Source: Eledone cirrhosa
Taxonomy: Eukaryota
DNA length: 64,000 nucleotides
Direction of reading: 5' to 3'
Assembly: GCA_964016885.1 (NCBI GenBank)
Contig: OZ024741.1
Span: 361,212,001-361,276,000 of the forward strand
The notes beneath the pieces are model-generated. The model did no database searches and had not been told where the DNA came from. It saw nothing but the letters and a program-made list of their open reading frames with translations. This document shows positions 25,120 to 39,597 of this stretch, piece by piece. Both the position numbers and the translations under genes were made by a program. The number at the start of each line of letters is the position of its first letter. Positions within the stretch are counted from its first letter, which is position 1.

Positions 25120-27594
25120 AATAGATGGTTTTGTTTCATAGAACCAAAGGCAGTTTTGAGCAAATTCATATCAAAGGGTTAATATTCATAAGATAAGAGC
25201 TAAAGGTACCCAAGGGCCAGATGATAGTGTTTTAATGTTTTGAACCAATTAGTCCAATATTTTGGTCCTGGCAATGACTATATTCTGCTGGTCACACGCT
25301 TCTGTTTAGTACTGTTATTTATACAGTTTTCTGTACACCAGCAATAATTTTACACCAATGCTTTAGCCTGATTTTTTGTATGTTTATTATCTTTTTTGTG
25401 TGGACACAACATGGCTGAATGGTTAAAGAGTTTACTTTGCAATTATTAGGTCTCAGGATCGACCCCACTGCATGGCATCTTGGGGAAATTCATGCCTTGT
25501 GAGTAAAACTGGGTAGATAGAAACTGTTTGGTATTCAGTTGAAGGACTGTAGCTGTAATTCACAAGACAAGCCTTTCACATAATGTCATGCTTAATCTCC
25601 CTGAGAATTAGATTAAAGGTACATGTGTCTGTGACATGCTCAGCCACTTATACATTAATTTTATGAGCAGGCTGTGCCATTGATCGAACAACTAGAACAG
25701 TCATCATCAAAACCAATGAAGATCTATTCCATTATCTTTTATCAGCTTCAATTGATGGATATCATTTTTTTCAGTGATTTTTGTGTGGACACTCAAAGCT
25801 GGAGACTGCACACAAGGCAGGGAAGGTGGGGTCAGGGCTCAAAGGATTATACTAGGCAACAGATTAAGAAAAGCTAAAACCTATCTGACAAGCCTCAGCA
25901 CAGTTTGGTTAACTAGTTTCACTGATAAGGATTGAAATGCTTGATGGCAACTATTCTAGTAGAAGACAATTACCCAAGGTACTGTGCAGTGGAATTGTCC
26001 CACAGAAACTTGTGGGTTTGAAGCAGACATTTTAACCAAAATTACCTTGTCTGCACCTGGTTGCCTTTTACAACTGTTCAAAATGACCACTCTCATAGTG
26101 CCCTGTTCATAAGCAGCTAATGTAAACTCTTAAACAGTTTCGAGGGGAAGAGACTAACAGAGGTTTACTAAATTTAACTCTTTTTCTAGCATATTGCTTC
26201 TAATTTTCAAATAATTTTGGAAATAATCCATAATTTGAAGGTATTTAGTAACATGCCTAACATTGTTATTTTTAAGCTGGCATTTGTAACATAACAAAGG
26301 TTCTAACATAAAATTATGATGGAAGGCTTTACAGCAAACAGAGAACCACATGTTGTTTCAGCTGGATTAATATCAAAATGGTTAACCCTTTTATTACCAA
26401 GAATTTGGAGTGATGTAGTAATATAGCTATTTCTCTTATTAAGCAGATGCTTGAAGCATAGTTTAACAAAATTCTTACATAAATTACGATAGAAGCTTTT
26501 GAGATGGGTTCAGCATGGCTAATTGGCCTTTCCCTCCTCAAAACAGAGCCTTCCAGTTCCACACTGTAAACGTGGTTGGTGTTAGGAAGGGCATCCAGCT
26601 GTAAAATACCCAGACAAATTTACAGTCCTCGCTGGAGCAAGGTGCAACACATGGCCAACCATGGTAAAATTTACGTTAAATGATGATGATGATGGTGATG
26701 ATAAACACTTTAAAACAATTAGTCTCAAAGAATAGCCCAATAAATAAAATGTTGTTTAAAATATAAGAAGAAATGGATATTTTTAGAGATATAGAATGTA
26801 GTATCTGTAAATTCCAAAGTGAGAATAATAAACATCTCATTGTATGTGTTTTGGGAAGTCAAGTGTATTTCTACCATCAATTTATAAATAGAGTACTGTA
26901 TTCTTTTTATAAGAAAAGATGCAAGCATGGTTAATGAGTTTGGCTCACAGCTACATAGTTTAGGGTTCAATCGCATTGCATGACATCTTGGGCAAATGTT
27001 TACTACTATAGGCTCAAGTTGAGCAATGTTTTCGGCTCAATCCTATTGCATGACATCTTGGGCAAGTGTTTACTACTATAGGCTCAGGTTGAGCAATGTG
27101 TTGTGAGTGAAACTTAGTTAATGGAAACTCTGTGAAGGCATGTCAAATATATATGTGTGTGTGTGTGTCTGTATTTGTATCTGTTTGCATTTACTATTTA
27201 TAACTTAGCAGTTTGACAAAGAGAGCTCAATAAGATAAGAAGCACTTGATAAAAATAAGAACTAGGATCGATATAATCAACTAAATAAAATCTCTTTAAG
27301 GTGGTGCTTCAAAAACAGATATCAAATGTTGAATATAAACGAGCAATGAAAAGAGCAAGCAAAGTGGGTAGACATACAAGGTGGTAATTAAGGTGCAGAA
27401 GTATGTTTTTGCCTTAAGCATAAGGTAGTATATATTATTTCATGTAAGCATTAGAAAAACATATATTGGAGTTGCATAACAACATAGAGAGAGAGAAAAG
27501 CAAACAATCCCAAAGCCACACATACATACATATATATATATATGTAAGCATTAGAAAAACATACACAGAGAGAAATGCAAACAATCCCAAAGCC

Positions 27595-27726
<132 letters not shown>

Positions 27727-28759
27727 ATATTGTTATGCATCACCAATGTAACTGTTGTGGAACTACTTCTATATATATATATACATACATACATTCATTA
27801 GCAAAGAACATGTTACCAACATTGAGCCCATAGATACTACTCAGCACCATCAGCCTCTCACCATTCTTGTTTCAGCTGTTGGGGCCCAGTTCCAGGTACT
27901 GTCAGCTGAGACTGGGACTCTACACATAGAGAGAGTCTGATCATGAAGGATAATGGACTCATTTCCAACAGGTTATTACATGAAATGCTGACAAGGCACT
28001 TAGATATAGGGAAAGAAGGTATGGGAGCCATGGGATTCCAGAGCTTCATGAGCCTCGCAGAGTCTGATTGACAGCAGGAAAGGAGTAAAAACCATGAAGA
28101 ATCAAGCGAAGAATGTCACTATGTCATGCAATAAGTACTATCATGAATTGTGGTTTTCCCGGTCCTTGCACCTTGTATGAATGTATGCGAGTGTGTGCGT
28201 GTTTGCATGTGTACATGCATGCACAACCTATGCATGGTTGGGTCATTGTCAATTAAACTGGCAACCTCACCAAGCTTGCTTGGTGAAGAGGGTGATTTTG
28301 GACACCCTGTGGAATGAAAAATATAACCCGTTAAAGGGCGGAGGAACTCAAGATAGTCTACAGCCATCCAATAAAGTATTTTTTTTTTTTGTGGAGTGAG
28401 AGACTCTGAGTCTTCATTAAGACATCTCTCTAGGAGAAGGTCACTCTGATATAAAACCTGCGACTAGACCAGTTCTTCGTTTTGGGTAAATGCATTTTGA
28501 TGCACAGAGAGTAGGATTGGCCATGTACAAGCCTTTCCTCACTTAAAAAAGTTTCAAGCACAGGCATCACTTGATATGTGACATTTTTTTGCAATGTATG
28601 ATATTGCTGGCTATAGGCAAGTCCCTGGCAGGACTAAAAAGCCATGTCCATGATGCTTATGCTTAAGTATCAATGACTGCAACTTGAAATTGAGTTGCAG
28701 TCATTATGCATGCATGTATGTATGTATGTCAGGTCACTCTTGAGTACTACTGGTAACAT

Positions 28760-29390
28760 GTAAGCCAGTACAACCTGTTGTATGGTTGGGTCGTCAGCGA
28801 CTAAACCAGCAGCCCCACCAAGTTTACTTGGTGAGGAGGGTGATTTGGACACCCTGCAGGACAAAAAACAAAACCTGACAAAGGCGAAAGAACTCATAAG
28901 AGTCAACAGCTATCCAAAAATGTGTAAATATGTATATATATGTATGCATGTGTATATATGTATATATACATATATATATGTGTGTATATACATGTGTATG
29001 TATATGCATGTATGCATGTGTATGTATATGCATAGGAACATAAAAATAATCGGGCTGGATTAAACCACTGGGAGTGTGATTAAAGCACTGGGAGTGAAGG
29101 GCCCCTAGTCTTTATCAGGGCATTCTTCTAGGAGAAAGCAACTTAGGAAACTGGGATAACTCCGACATGAAACCTGCGGCTCATTAGTTACTGATGATGT
29201 TGATCTTTTCTTCTTTTCGGGTTATAGCTACTGTTGCTCAGAGAGTGGGATTGGCTCAGTGCACAGTCTTTCCTCACTTTAAAAATAATCTTCATGCACA
29301 GTCATTGCACAATAGCATTAATTAATAATTATTAATAATGTTATATCATGCAATGGCCATACTCGATAACGAGGGAGCAGCCATCATGTA
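28760..29390 (+). mobile_element. Longest copy of the RTE-5'UTR-like non-autonomous repeat
   Basis: Colinear with 21745-22185 and 35725-36165. Contains an internal (TATG)n and ends in GCAGCCATCATGTATG. Confidence 0.75.
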
Positions 29391-29822
29391 TGTATATATA
29401 TATGTATGTATGTGTGGGTGTGGGTGTGTGCACGCATGTGTATGTATGCATGTCTGTGTCTATATATGTGTATGTGTGTGTGATATTTGTTGCTTCTATA
29501 AAATTCCAAAAATAATAAGTAATTTGAGCTTGTTCCACTTTTTATCTCCTCTCCCCCTCTCCATATTTATTATAAAGTAAATATTTCAATATAAAAATGT
29601 TTTTAAAAAGAAATACATAACACATAAACAAAAAATAAGCCTGAAGAAAAAGAAATGTTTATCTCACAGTCACCCTCCCATCACTGAGGAATATTAGTCA
29701 GAAACAACTCATCTAGTTCCATCAAACTCTGGTAACTCTACAGACCTATATATTGTATCTAAAGAAACATCATTCCTCACTTTACTTATTTCCTTTTAAG
29801 TGCTATACAATTGGTCTCCATG

Positions 29823-29853
<31 letters not shown>

Positions 29854-30008
29854 TACTCTCTCTCGCTCCCACTCTTTCTCCCTCTCTCAGATACCTAATA
29901 TACTATTTAATGATGGTAAAAGCTACAGTTTCGCCACCAACAGCAACAGTAGTTGTAGTAGTGGTAGTAGTGGTAGTAGGGTCTATAGTTGTGATGGTGC
30001 TGGTAGTG

Positions 30009-30039
<31 letters not shown>

Positions 30040-30159
30040 CAACAGTAGCAGTAACAACAGCAACAGATGTTAACTGTTTGTATTGCAACAGTTGCTAACT
30101 TCTGTAAAATTACCTGCACAAGATGTATGTTTACAGGTAATATGTTTCAAAGCTCTGAA

Positions 30160-30430
30160 GACACACGGCTTAGTGGTTAGGGTGTTCAGCCCATGATTGT
30201 TTGGTCATGATTTCGATTCCTAGTAGCTCATTGTGTTATTAAGCAAGACACTTATTTTACACTGCTCAAGTTCACTCAGGTGGCAAAAATGAGTTGTACC
30301 TGTAATTCAAAAGATCAGCCTTGTCATACACTCTGTCACGCTGAATCTTCCTGACAACTAGATTACGGATACTCATATCTGCTGACTGCTCTGCCACTTG
30401 AGCATTAATTCCACAAGCAGGCTATTCAAA
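30160..30430 (+). mobile_element. tRNA-derived CORE-like SINE
   Basis: GGCTTAGTGG A box, TTCGATTCC B box, AAGCAAGACACTT, then cagccttgtca..gctgaatct..agccactt..ttaattt. Related copies at 25410-25720, 36185-36420 and 38995-39293 (-). Confidence 0.75.
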
Positions 30431-30620
30431 CAACTGGAGGAATGTCTTTTCCAACACATCTCTCTTACCATCCTCCGGGGAAACACCTTCTCCATTCTGT
30501 CTGCCGAGGCTGTGGGGCAGCCAGCACATGGGACCCCATTTGCTCACAATACAGAGAGATGGGGAGGGCAAGAGAGATGGAAGCGATGACAGTGGGAGTT
30601 CGGACACATTGCACCTGTCA
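30430..30620 (+). mobile_element. Third CRE-like extreme 3' fragment
   Basis: Encodes LFQHISLTILRGNTFSIL, the CRE terminal motif (compare LFQRISLAITRGNA at 3060-3100). Confidence 0.55.
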
Positions 30621-30954
30621 TGTGAGCCCTGTGTGGCTAATATTTGAAACTATTGAAGTCAACACCCAGAACTTCTCCTAGCCCATCATCACTCATACCT
30701 TCCATTAACCATCTATGAAGGTTTTGTAGTAGATTAGAGAAAAACACAATCAGTAAAACAGTAATGGAATGAAAAAGAAAAACATTTTTTTATACTTACT
30801 GAAACACTTGTCGTTGGAAATGACAGAAGTCAAACACACGCACACATATTTCAAAGCTGGAATATTTTGTTGTCTTTGTTTAGCCTGAGGTCAGCCACCT
30901 TGAGCAAGCAGACCTAACACTAAAGGCATTCTGGCTACTATGTTCTTACTTCTT

Positions 30955-31172
30955 TTAACCCTTTAGCATTTAAGCCAGCTGTATCCGGCCAGAATTCTCT
31001 CACTTCTTTCGGTTCAAACTGGCCATAACTGGCTTCTCATACTTATGTTAAGATATTGTTCTCAAAATAAATATGAAAATCTCGTAGATGGTATTATGTG
31101 AGATAATTATGTGAGGTTAAGTGTTTACTGTGAAATTACAATAGTAAATATAGAGTTATGTAAATGCTAAAG
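30955..31172. mobile_element. piggyBac-type MITE, right end clipped
   Basis: Colinear with 24905-25119. Confidence 0.75.
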
Positions 31173-31294
31173 ACCATTCAGCAAAGTTCCAAAATGGTTG
31201 ACATTGAACTCCGGTGTCAATGGGACTACCTAAAAGAAGGATTGAACATTTGGGCCAAAATCTGACATTTGTATAAGAAATAAAAATACTTAAA

Positions 31295-31520
31295 ATAATC
31301 GTTTCTGATTTAGACACAAGGCTAACAATTTTGGAGGAAAAGGAAAGTCGATTAAATCGTCCCCAGTGCATTACTGGTACTTTATTTTATCAACCCTGTA
31401 AGGATGAAAGGCAAAACTAACCTTGGCGGGATTTGAACCCAGAACGTAAAGGGCCATAACTCTATACCGCTAAGCATGTTGTACGATGCTCTACCGATTC
31501 TGCCAATCCACCGCCCTTAA
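31295..31520 (-). mobile_element. Full-length tRNA-derived SINE (Meta-like domain)
   Basis: Reverse complement: GGCGGTGGATTGGCAGAATCGG (A box), GGTTCAAATCCC (B box), GCCTTTCATCCTTACAGGGTTGATAAAATAAAGTACCAG. Confidence 0.8.
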
Positions 31521-31789
31521 TATATAAAATAATACAATAAAATACAACTTGCTTATATAGGTCCTTGCTTTATATATAATTAATTTTTATTGTCTATTTG
31601 TTTTATATTCTGTTTACAGATTTATTTATTTACTTATTAATTTTTGTACCTTCCTGGGGTTGATGAGGTGGGATCAAGGGGTCTATGGTCTAAATGTGAT
31701 TTAAGATAGACTGAGTAGCCATATACAGACAATTTATGCAATTATAAATGTAGTCTGTGTATATGTTGTGTATGTGTATATATGTATAT

Positions 31790-32145
31790 GTAGTGTGTAT
31801 GTATTTATAGGTGTAGTGTGTGTATATGTATATGTAGAGTGTGTATGTATTTATAGGTGTAGTGTGTGTATATGTAGAGTGTGTATATATTTATAGGTGT
31901 AGTGTGTGTATATGTAGAGTGTGTATATATTTATAGGTGTAGTGTGTGTATATGTATATGTAGAGTGTGTGTGTATTTATAGGTGTAGTGTGTGTATATG
32001 TATATGTAGAGTGTGTGTGTATTTATAGGTGTAGTGTGTGTATATGTATATGTAGAGTGTGTGTGTATTTATAGGTGTAGTGTGTGTATATGTATATGTA
32101 GAGTGTGTGTGTATTTATAGGTGTAGTGTGTGTATATGTATGTGT
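31790..32145. repeat. 40-46-bp minisatellite, about 8 units
   Basis: Unit gtatttataggtgtagtgtgtgtatatgtatatgtagagtgtgt(gt). Confidence 0.9.
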
Positions 32146-32919
32146 ATTGTGAGTTTACAATATTGATAGAATTATAAAGAAGTTTGAGTAACAAGGAAAT
32201 ATTCTGCTTCCTTCTTAAAGCAATGTTTATCTATTCAGTGAGAGGGAGGAAGGGAGATGTGTGCATATGAGAGGAAATGAAGAGGAAGACATGTGCTAGT
32301 GCTACCATTAAGACCCCCAGAGGCACATTCATCAAGCTATAAATAGCTACCACAGCCTCCTAACCTAACGTGCCCCTAAGTTAAAGATGGAGGAAATTTC
32401 TTTTTCTTTTCCTCCACAGAACTCAACTAGTTCTTGTGAGGGAGGCCTTGCCTATTATACCCACCTTCTAGCTTCTATTCGAGAGAAGCCCTCACCGCTC
32501 TACCCACTGATACAGTCTTTCAAACATATGAAAAAAATGGTTTAAGTCTGAAGATCAAAGCAGTAACATTTTGTTTTTTACTGTTTTTAGTGAAGGTGGA
32601 AAGGACAGTGCCCATGATCCTTTTCAGGATCTCAAAGTCTGTTGTGGAGGAAGAAATGAAGACCTGGTTCAAATGTTTGCAACAGAGTGGACTGTAATGA
32701 AAGTGCCTTAGGTTCAAATAGTGGTGTTAAACTGAGTAAGAAGATGAGAGAGGGAGATAGAGGGAGAATTGACTTTATTACAGGACTGCTTATTTATCGA
32801 TCTTGAAATTACAAAAAATGAAGTTGATCTCAGCAAGATTTGAACATTGAGCACAGAGAGCCAGAAAGAATGCTGCAATGTTTTAATGATTCTTCCAATT
32901 CACCATTATTAGTATCATT

Positions 32920-33302
32920 AAGGGCGGTGGTTTGGCAGTATTGGTAGAGCGTCAGACACCATGCTTTACAGCATAGAGTTATGGCATTTTGTGTTTTGAG
33001 TTCAAATCCGCTGAGGTTAACTTTGTCTTTCATCCTTACAGGGTGATAAAATAAAGTACCAGTGATGCACTGGGGTAATCGCTGGGTTTGTGCCAAAAGT
33101 AGAAACTCCAAGGCGTTGGATTGGCAGTATCGGTAGAGGGTCAGACGCCATGCTTTGCAGCATAGGGTTACGGCCCTTTATGATCTGAGTTCAAATCCTG
33201 CCAAGGTTAACTTTGCCTTTCATCCTTACGGGATCGATAAAATAAAGTACCAGTAATGCACTGGGTAATTGCTGGCCTTGTGCCAAAAATAGAAACAATT
33301 AT
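32920..33302 (+). mobile_element. Two head-to-tail full-length Meta-like SINEs
   Basis: Two consecutive A-box/B-box units, each ending gtgccaaaa(g/a)tagaaac. Further copies at 19555-19750, 22510-22688, 24422-24570, 34057-34237 and 39411-39597. Confidence 0.85.
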
Positions 33303-33819
33303 TAGTGTTATTAAAACCATTTTTGATAACATGTCTCTGAGACAACAGCTGTCAATTTCCTTCCTGTTTTAGAAAAGACATTTATATATAGATTTCTCTG
33401 ATATTGATATATTTTAATAATGATACTAATACTACTGAATATCTTTAGCTAAACATAGCTACCCTCACCTATCAGTGTTTCTCACTGTTATGTACTACTA
33501 CTACCATGTGTTGTATTAATTACAGATTTAGGGTGTGGTTAACAGACTGGTAGTTGTTGGGCATAAAGCAGAAATAAGTTATGTTGATGAGCCATAGGTG
33601 TAGAAAAAAAATACCATATGTCCCAATAGTATATAAAATGCACAAACTTTGTGGTTATAACATTTTGTATTCAGCCTTTGACCCATACAAAAGTTGCATT
33701 TTGTTTTTCATAAATACTGTTTTCAACATCACTGGCAATTGCGTTTAATTTGAAATAAAAATTCTGAAATAATCCTAGTGGTGGCTAATACAGTCTAGCA
33801 AAGTCCTGAAACCTTGGAT

Positions 33820-34322
33820 ATCCCATGACTTTCGGAAACATTTTTTAATGCACGGAGTTGCTAAAGCAGGGATCAAACTACCTGCATCAGTTGTTAGATG
33901 TTGGGACACTGCATCCTTCAAAACTTCCATGCTTCCTGAAATTCACCAACACTACACCTGATACTCCCCCTCTATACACACACATGCATGTGTCTGTGTG
34001 TATATGATAACTCATACACTGTTCACTTTCCTGACATTTGTACATTATTCTATGTATTGGCAGTATCAGTAAAAGGCCGGACGCCATGCTTTGCAGCAAA
34101 GAGTTACGGCCCTTTATGATCTGAGTTCAAATCCAGCCGAGGTTAACTTTGCCTTTCATCCTTACGGGGTCAATAAAATAAAGTACCAGTAATGTACTGG
34201 TTAATTTCTGGCCTTGTGCCAAAAGTAGAAACAATTATTCTATGTACTATACATGCACCTTTGATGAGTTGTAGTGCACCTGAGCACTGTACACAATAAT
34301 TTCATTATTATTATTATTATTA
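33820..34322 (+). mobile_element. CR1 3' fragment interrupted by a SINE with a 13-bp TSD
   Basis: CR1 tail as at 8512-8818. The SINE at 34057-34233 is flanked by duplicated attattctatgta. Confidence 0.8.
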
Positions 34323-37300
34323 TGTTTATTATTATTATATGTTTATTTATATGATCTCTACCTAGATAGAACATATCAAATGGTGCCTTTAAATCACCAT
34401 TCCTGATTGACTGACAATATATCTGCTAATAGAGAACTGAACATATGTTTCACATATATGTAAATTCACAAGAATACATATCGTCACAGGTGTGTTGGTT
34501 TTGAAGCAGAATTGAATTTTGCTTGAATAGTTGTTTCGCATGAGAAGAAATCAATGTATATTTGTTTACAACACAGATATTTATATAAACTGTGTAGTGA
34601 CATGACCAGCATTCTTGATCATTTGTCATGATGCATTAGCACATGCTGTTCACTTTCCTGACATGTGTACATTATTCTATGTACTATACATGCACCTTTG
34701 ATGAGTTGTAGTGCACCTGAGCACTGTACACAATAATTTTCATTTCATTATTATGCTGTGAATTTCAAGCACAGAGTAAGATTCAGCAGATAAGTCACAT
34801 GCAGTTTTTCACATCTTTTTCCTTTAGTAAGAAATGTAATTTATAAGTGTACACAGTATCTAAAGGTTTCAGACAAAACCAACTAGAATGTTCTTCAGAA
34901 AAAGTTTTCACATTTATTTTCAAACAAAGGAACCATGTTAGAAATAGCCAGATATCCTCCATATCATACACTATACAACAGCAACAATTGTTTAATGTTA
35001 TTTTCCCCTTCTAAAGAAGGTCTTGTGTGCCCCATGAAAGGTTTTATACTCATCATGTGGTACTTTTTGAAACAATGTTTTATGACCAGATGCACTTCCT
35101 GGTGCCAACACTTTTAGTTGCCTCTTATGACACAGATATATGGTGTATCTATTCTGGACTGGATGTACACAGCAAATATATTAATCCTAAAGAAAAAATG
35201 TGGGGAAGGACACATTATGTAGTCAAGTCCTGAATGCACTCTTAGAAAAGAAAAGTTGTGGTGGTCACAGCTGAAATACTTTTGATCAACATTGTAATTA
35301 ATTCTATGGACAACCACTACACTACATCTTCTATACATTTCTGGCTCTGTGCCAATGTTAAAAATCATTATTTAACAGTTAAAAATTCTGTTCAAGCTCT
35401 ATAATTACTTACTGCTATCATTTTCAAATAACTCTCATTATCAAAACATTTAGTTTTGCACCTGTTTTTATATTTGTTTGTTTTGTTTTTTCTTTATATT
35501 AACAGCTTAGCAGTTGAAAACTAAATGCTGTTTTAGAATATTATTTATTAAGATAATAAAAGGTAACAAAAACGGTTGGTGTAAGGAAGGGCATCTGGCT
35601 GTAAAATATTGTCTCAATAAGGATTCTATCATGAGTATGAAGAGCATGAAGAATCTGCAAGGCTAACTCCTGCTTTAGCAAGGAAAATGGCCTTAAAATG
35701 CATGCTATATTCTAAAATAATTAAATATGTGTGCATCTGTGTCAATCTGTGTAAATATGTATATATATATGTATATATGTATATGCATGTGTGCATGTGT
35801 ATGTATATGCAAGGGGACATAGAAATAGTCGGGCTGGATACCCGATCGCGCGGTTAAAGCACTGGGAGCGAAGGACCCCTAGCCTTTGTCAGGGCATTCT
35901 TCTAGGAGAAGGCAACTCAGGAAACTGGCATAACTCCGACATAAAACCTGCGGCTCAGTAGTTACCGATGATGTTGATCTTTTCTTCTTTTCAGGTTATA
36001 GCTACTGTCGCTCAGAGAGTGGGATTGGCTCAGTGCACAGTCTTTCCTCACTTTAAAAAGAATCTTCACGCACTGGCATTATACGATAGCATTAATTAAA
36101 AATTATTAATAATGTTATATTGTGCAATGGCCATACTCGATAACGAGGGGGCAGCCATCATCATGTATGTATGTATGTGTGTATAGGGTTTACAGCTCAT
36201 AATTGTAAACTTGTGAGTTCGGCTCCCAGCAGCACGTTGTGTCCTTGAGCAAGACACTTTATTTCACGTTGTTCCAGTCCTTTACCTGTAATTCTGTGTC
36301 ATGCTGAATCTTCCTGAGAATTACATTAGGGGTATGCATGTCTATAGAATGCTCAGCCACTTTCATGTTAATTTCATGAGCAGGCTGTTCTGGGACACTC
36401 ATCATCATAACCGACAGCGTTTCTGTTCCATTGTGTATGTGTGTGTCTGTGTGTGTCTGTGTGTGGTGTGCTGTAAAGTAAATTAGTTGGTTTCTGTTCA
36501 ACTTTTTAGATACGTGAATGTTTTAATAAAGGAAAAGTAGAAAGGAACTGATTATCAGATTGAACTAAAGAGACAATGTTCCCATTGATCTTTCCATTCC
36601 TGGTACTATCACAACTCCTGGCAGAAGAAACAATGTGAAATAAAGTATATTGATCAAGAACACAACATGCTGCCTGGTCCAATATCATTGTGAGTTGAAC
36701 ACCCTAACAACTAAGTCTCACGCTTTAAAAGGTTGAATAGAAATAGCTGTATATACACACACACACACACACACATACATAAAATGAGAAAATGAGATTA
36801 TTAATGACTATTTTCTGTTTTCTTGTATGATAGACAACTTCAGACATGTTTCAGTTTTATCAGTTGAGCAAAGTCTAGGGATTTGTTACCCAATAATATC
36901 GCTTGTATTTTCGGGTCCCAAATAATAGGGGAGGGAGGAATCAGTAATGTTTCTAGGTTGTCTCCCTTGATTTAAAAAAAAACCAGGATTAGTTGTTTAG
37001 GTTACATATTGAGACCCCAACCCATCCTATTTATTTTATAACATGTGGGATTTCTAGTAATCTTCTATTTTGTCATGTGTAATGTTTTTAATGTCTAAAG
37101 AAAATTAATTGTCACAAAAATGCTACCACTTAAAATAAAATTAAAAATTTTGCCACAAAATTAAATAAGTGGGGAGGAGCTGGGGGTGGTGGAAAAAATC
37201 TGAAAAATTAATTCAATGAGAGAGGACGATTATTCAAGACCTGAGTGTACTTAACATTATCTGATCATGCATTTCACTTTTCCCCTATAAATCATTTTTC

Positions 37301-38389
37301 CACATGATCTCATGCACTTCACTTTTTCCAATATAACTTCACACAGATACGTACTTCATTAGACCCACACTGACTTTGGTTGCTTGAACTTACACTACAG
37401 TTGTTGTATATGTATATTGACAAGTTTTTCTATTCTAATACATCTTATTTGTATTGGGTGTTACAACTTCAATACAATTTAGTTTTATTAAGGCAGTGAA
37501 TTGGATGTCAACTTTGCCTTTAATCTTTTTTGCTTGATAAATAATGCACCTGTATAGTATTGTAATTAGTTCTTCCCTTGTCTCTCTTTATCATTCTCTA
37601 TCTATCTATATATCTATCTTTCATACTCTAGAAGAGATTGTCTGTGTTCTGATCTACAGAGCGATGAACTCTGCTAGGTTCAAAAAGCCTAAAATATGCT
37701 ATGTGTCAGGAGGGCGCTCCTGTGGCTCCACTAGGAGTTAAGGGCCCTATTTTTACACAATTATATCAACTATGAATTCAATACAAACATTAAAAATTCT
37801 AATTACAGAGCATCTATTTTCACTTAACCAATATCACATATTCCTTTGCAAAATAATTTATACACATATACTATACAGCATTATCACATACCACTTAACA
37901 ATAAAGAATATCCACACATATACTATACAGCATTATTGCATACCACCTAACAATATAGTATATCCACAAATATACTATATAGCATTATCACAATATAGTG
38001 TATCTCCATATATACCATAGGGCAGTCAATTGGCAGGGTCATTAGATCATCGGATAGAATGCTTTGTAGTATTCATTTTGGCTCTCTGCTTTCTGAGTTC
38101 AAATCCCACTGAGGTAAGCTTTGCCTTTCATTCATTCAAATTCGATAAAAAATAAGTACCAGTCAAGTACTGAGGTTGATTCTTCCTCTATATCCCTTTC
38201 TCACTTCCATTCTCTCACTCTCTATCCTTATTTGGAAGAAATCTGCTGTATTCAGACCTGGAGAGGGGATGGGCTCTGTCAGGTTTAAAAATGCTGTAGA
38301 AATGCTGTATGTTAATATGGCGCCCCTATAACTCCCTCAAGAGTTACGGGAGCATTCATACATATATATACTATCCTGTATTACCTTCT

Positions 38390-38965
38390 CACAATATGCT
38401 GTACCCACACATATACTATACAGTATTATCACATACCACCTAATATTATAGTGTATCTACATATATACTATACTGTATAATCCCATACCACTTAACAATA
38501 TGCTGTACCCACACATATACTATACAGTATTATCACATACCACCTAATATTATAGTGTATCTACATATATACTATACTGTATAATCCCATACCACTTAAC
38601 AATATGCTGTACCCACACATATACTATACAGTATTATCACATACCACCTAATATTATAGTGTATCTACATATATACTATACTGTATAATCCCATACCACT
38701 TAACAATATAATGTATCCACACATATACTATACAGTATTATCACATACCACCTAATATTATAGTGTATCTACATATATACTATACTGTATAATCCCATAC
38801 CACTTAACAATATAATGTACCCACACATATACTATACAGTATTATCACATACCACCTAATATTATAGTGTATCTACATATATACTATACTGTATAATCCC
38901 ATACCACTTAACAATATGCTGTACCCACACATATACTATACAGTATTATCACATACCACCTAACA
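38390..38965. repeat. 104-bp higher-order (2 x 52 bp) tandem repeat, about 5.5 copies
   Basis: 'gtacccacac' recurs at 38401 and 38505. Two alternating diverged 52-bp monomers. Confidence 0.9.
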
Positions 38966-39597
38966 TATATAAACTTAACCAATATCACATGACTGACGTT
39001 TCGTTGGTTACGACAACAAGTGTTCCAGTTGATCCGATCAACAGAACAGCCTGCTCGTGAAATTAACGTACAAGTGGCTGAGCATTCCACAGATATGTGT
39101 ACCCTTAATGTAGTTCTCAGGGAGATTCAGTGAGATTCAGAATGTGACAAGGCTGGCCCTTTGAATTACAGATACAACTCATTTTTGCCAGCTGCATGGA
39201 CTGGAGCAACGTGAAATAAAGTATCTTGCTCAAGGATACAACGTGCTTTACAATTGTGAGCTGAATACCCTAACCACAAAGCCACATGCCTTCATAATAT
39301 CCCATACCACCTAATATTATAGTGTATTCACACATATACTATACAGTATTACCCCATACCACCTAACAATATATCCACATATATTCTATATAGTATTATC
39401 CCATACCACCATGGATTGGCAGTATCGGTAGAGGGTTGGACGCCATGCTTTGCAGCAAAGAGTTACGGCCCTTTATGGTCTGAGTTCAAATCCCGCCGAG
39501 GTTACCTTTGCCTTCCATCCTTACGGGGTCGATAAAATAAAGTACCAGTAATACACTGGGTAATTGCTGGCCTTGTGCCAAAAGTAGAAACAATTAT

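Noticed and set aside
25775-25877. Possible calpain exon 2 after a polypyrimidine-AG acceptor
   Set aside because: The translation has no calpain similarity and ends in a stop.
33115-33200. tRNA genes suggested by A/B boxes
   Set aside because: These are SINE heads with no cloverleaf, continuing into SINE body and tail.
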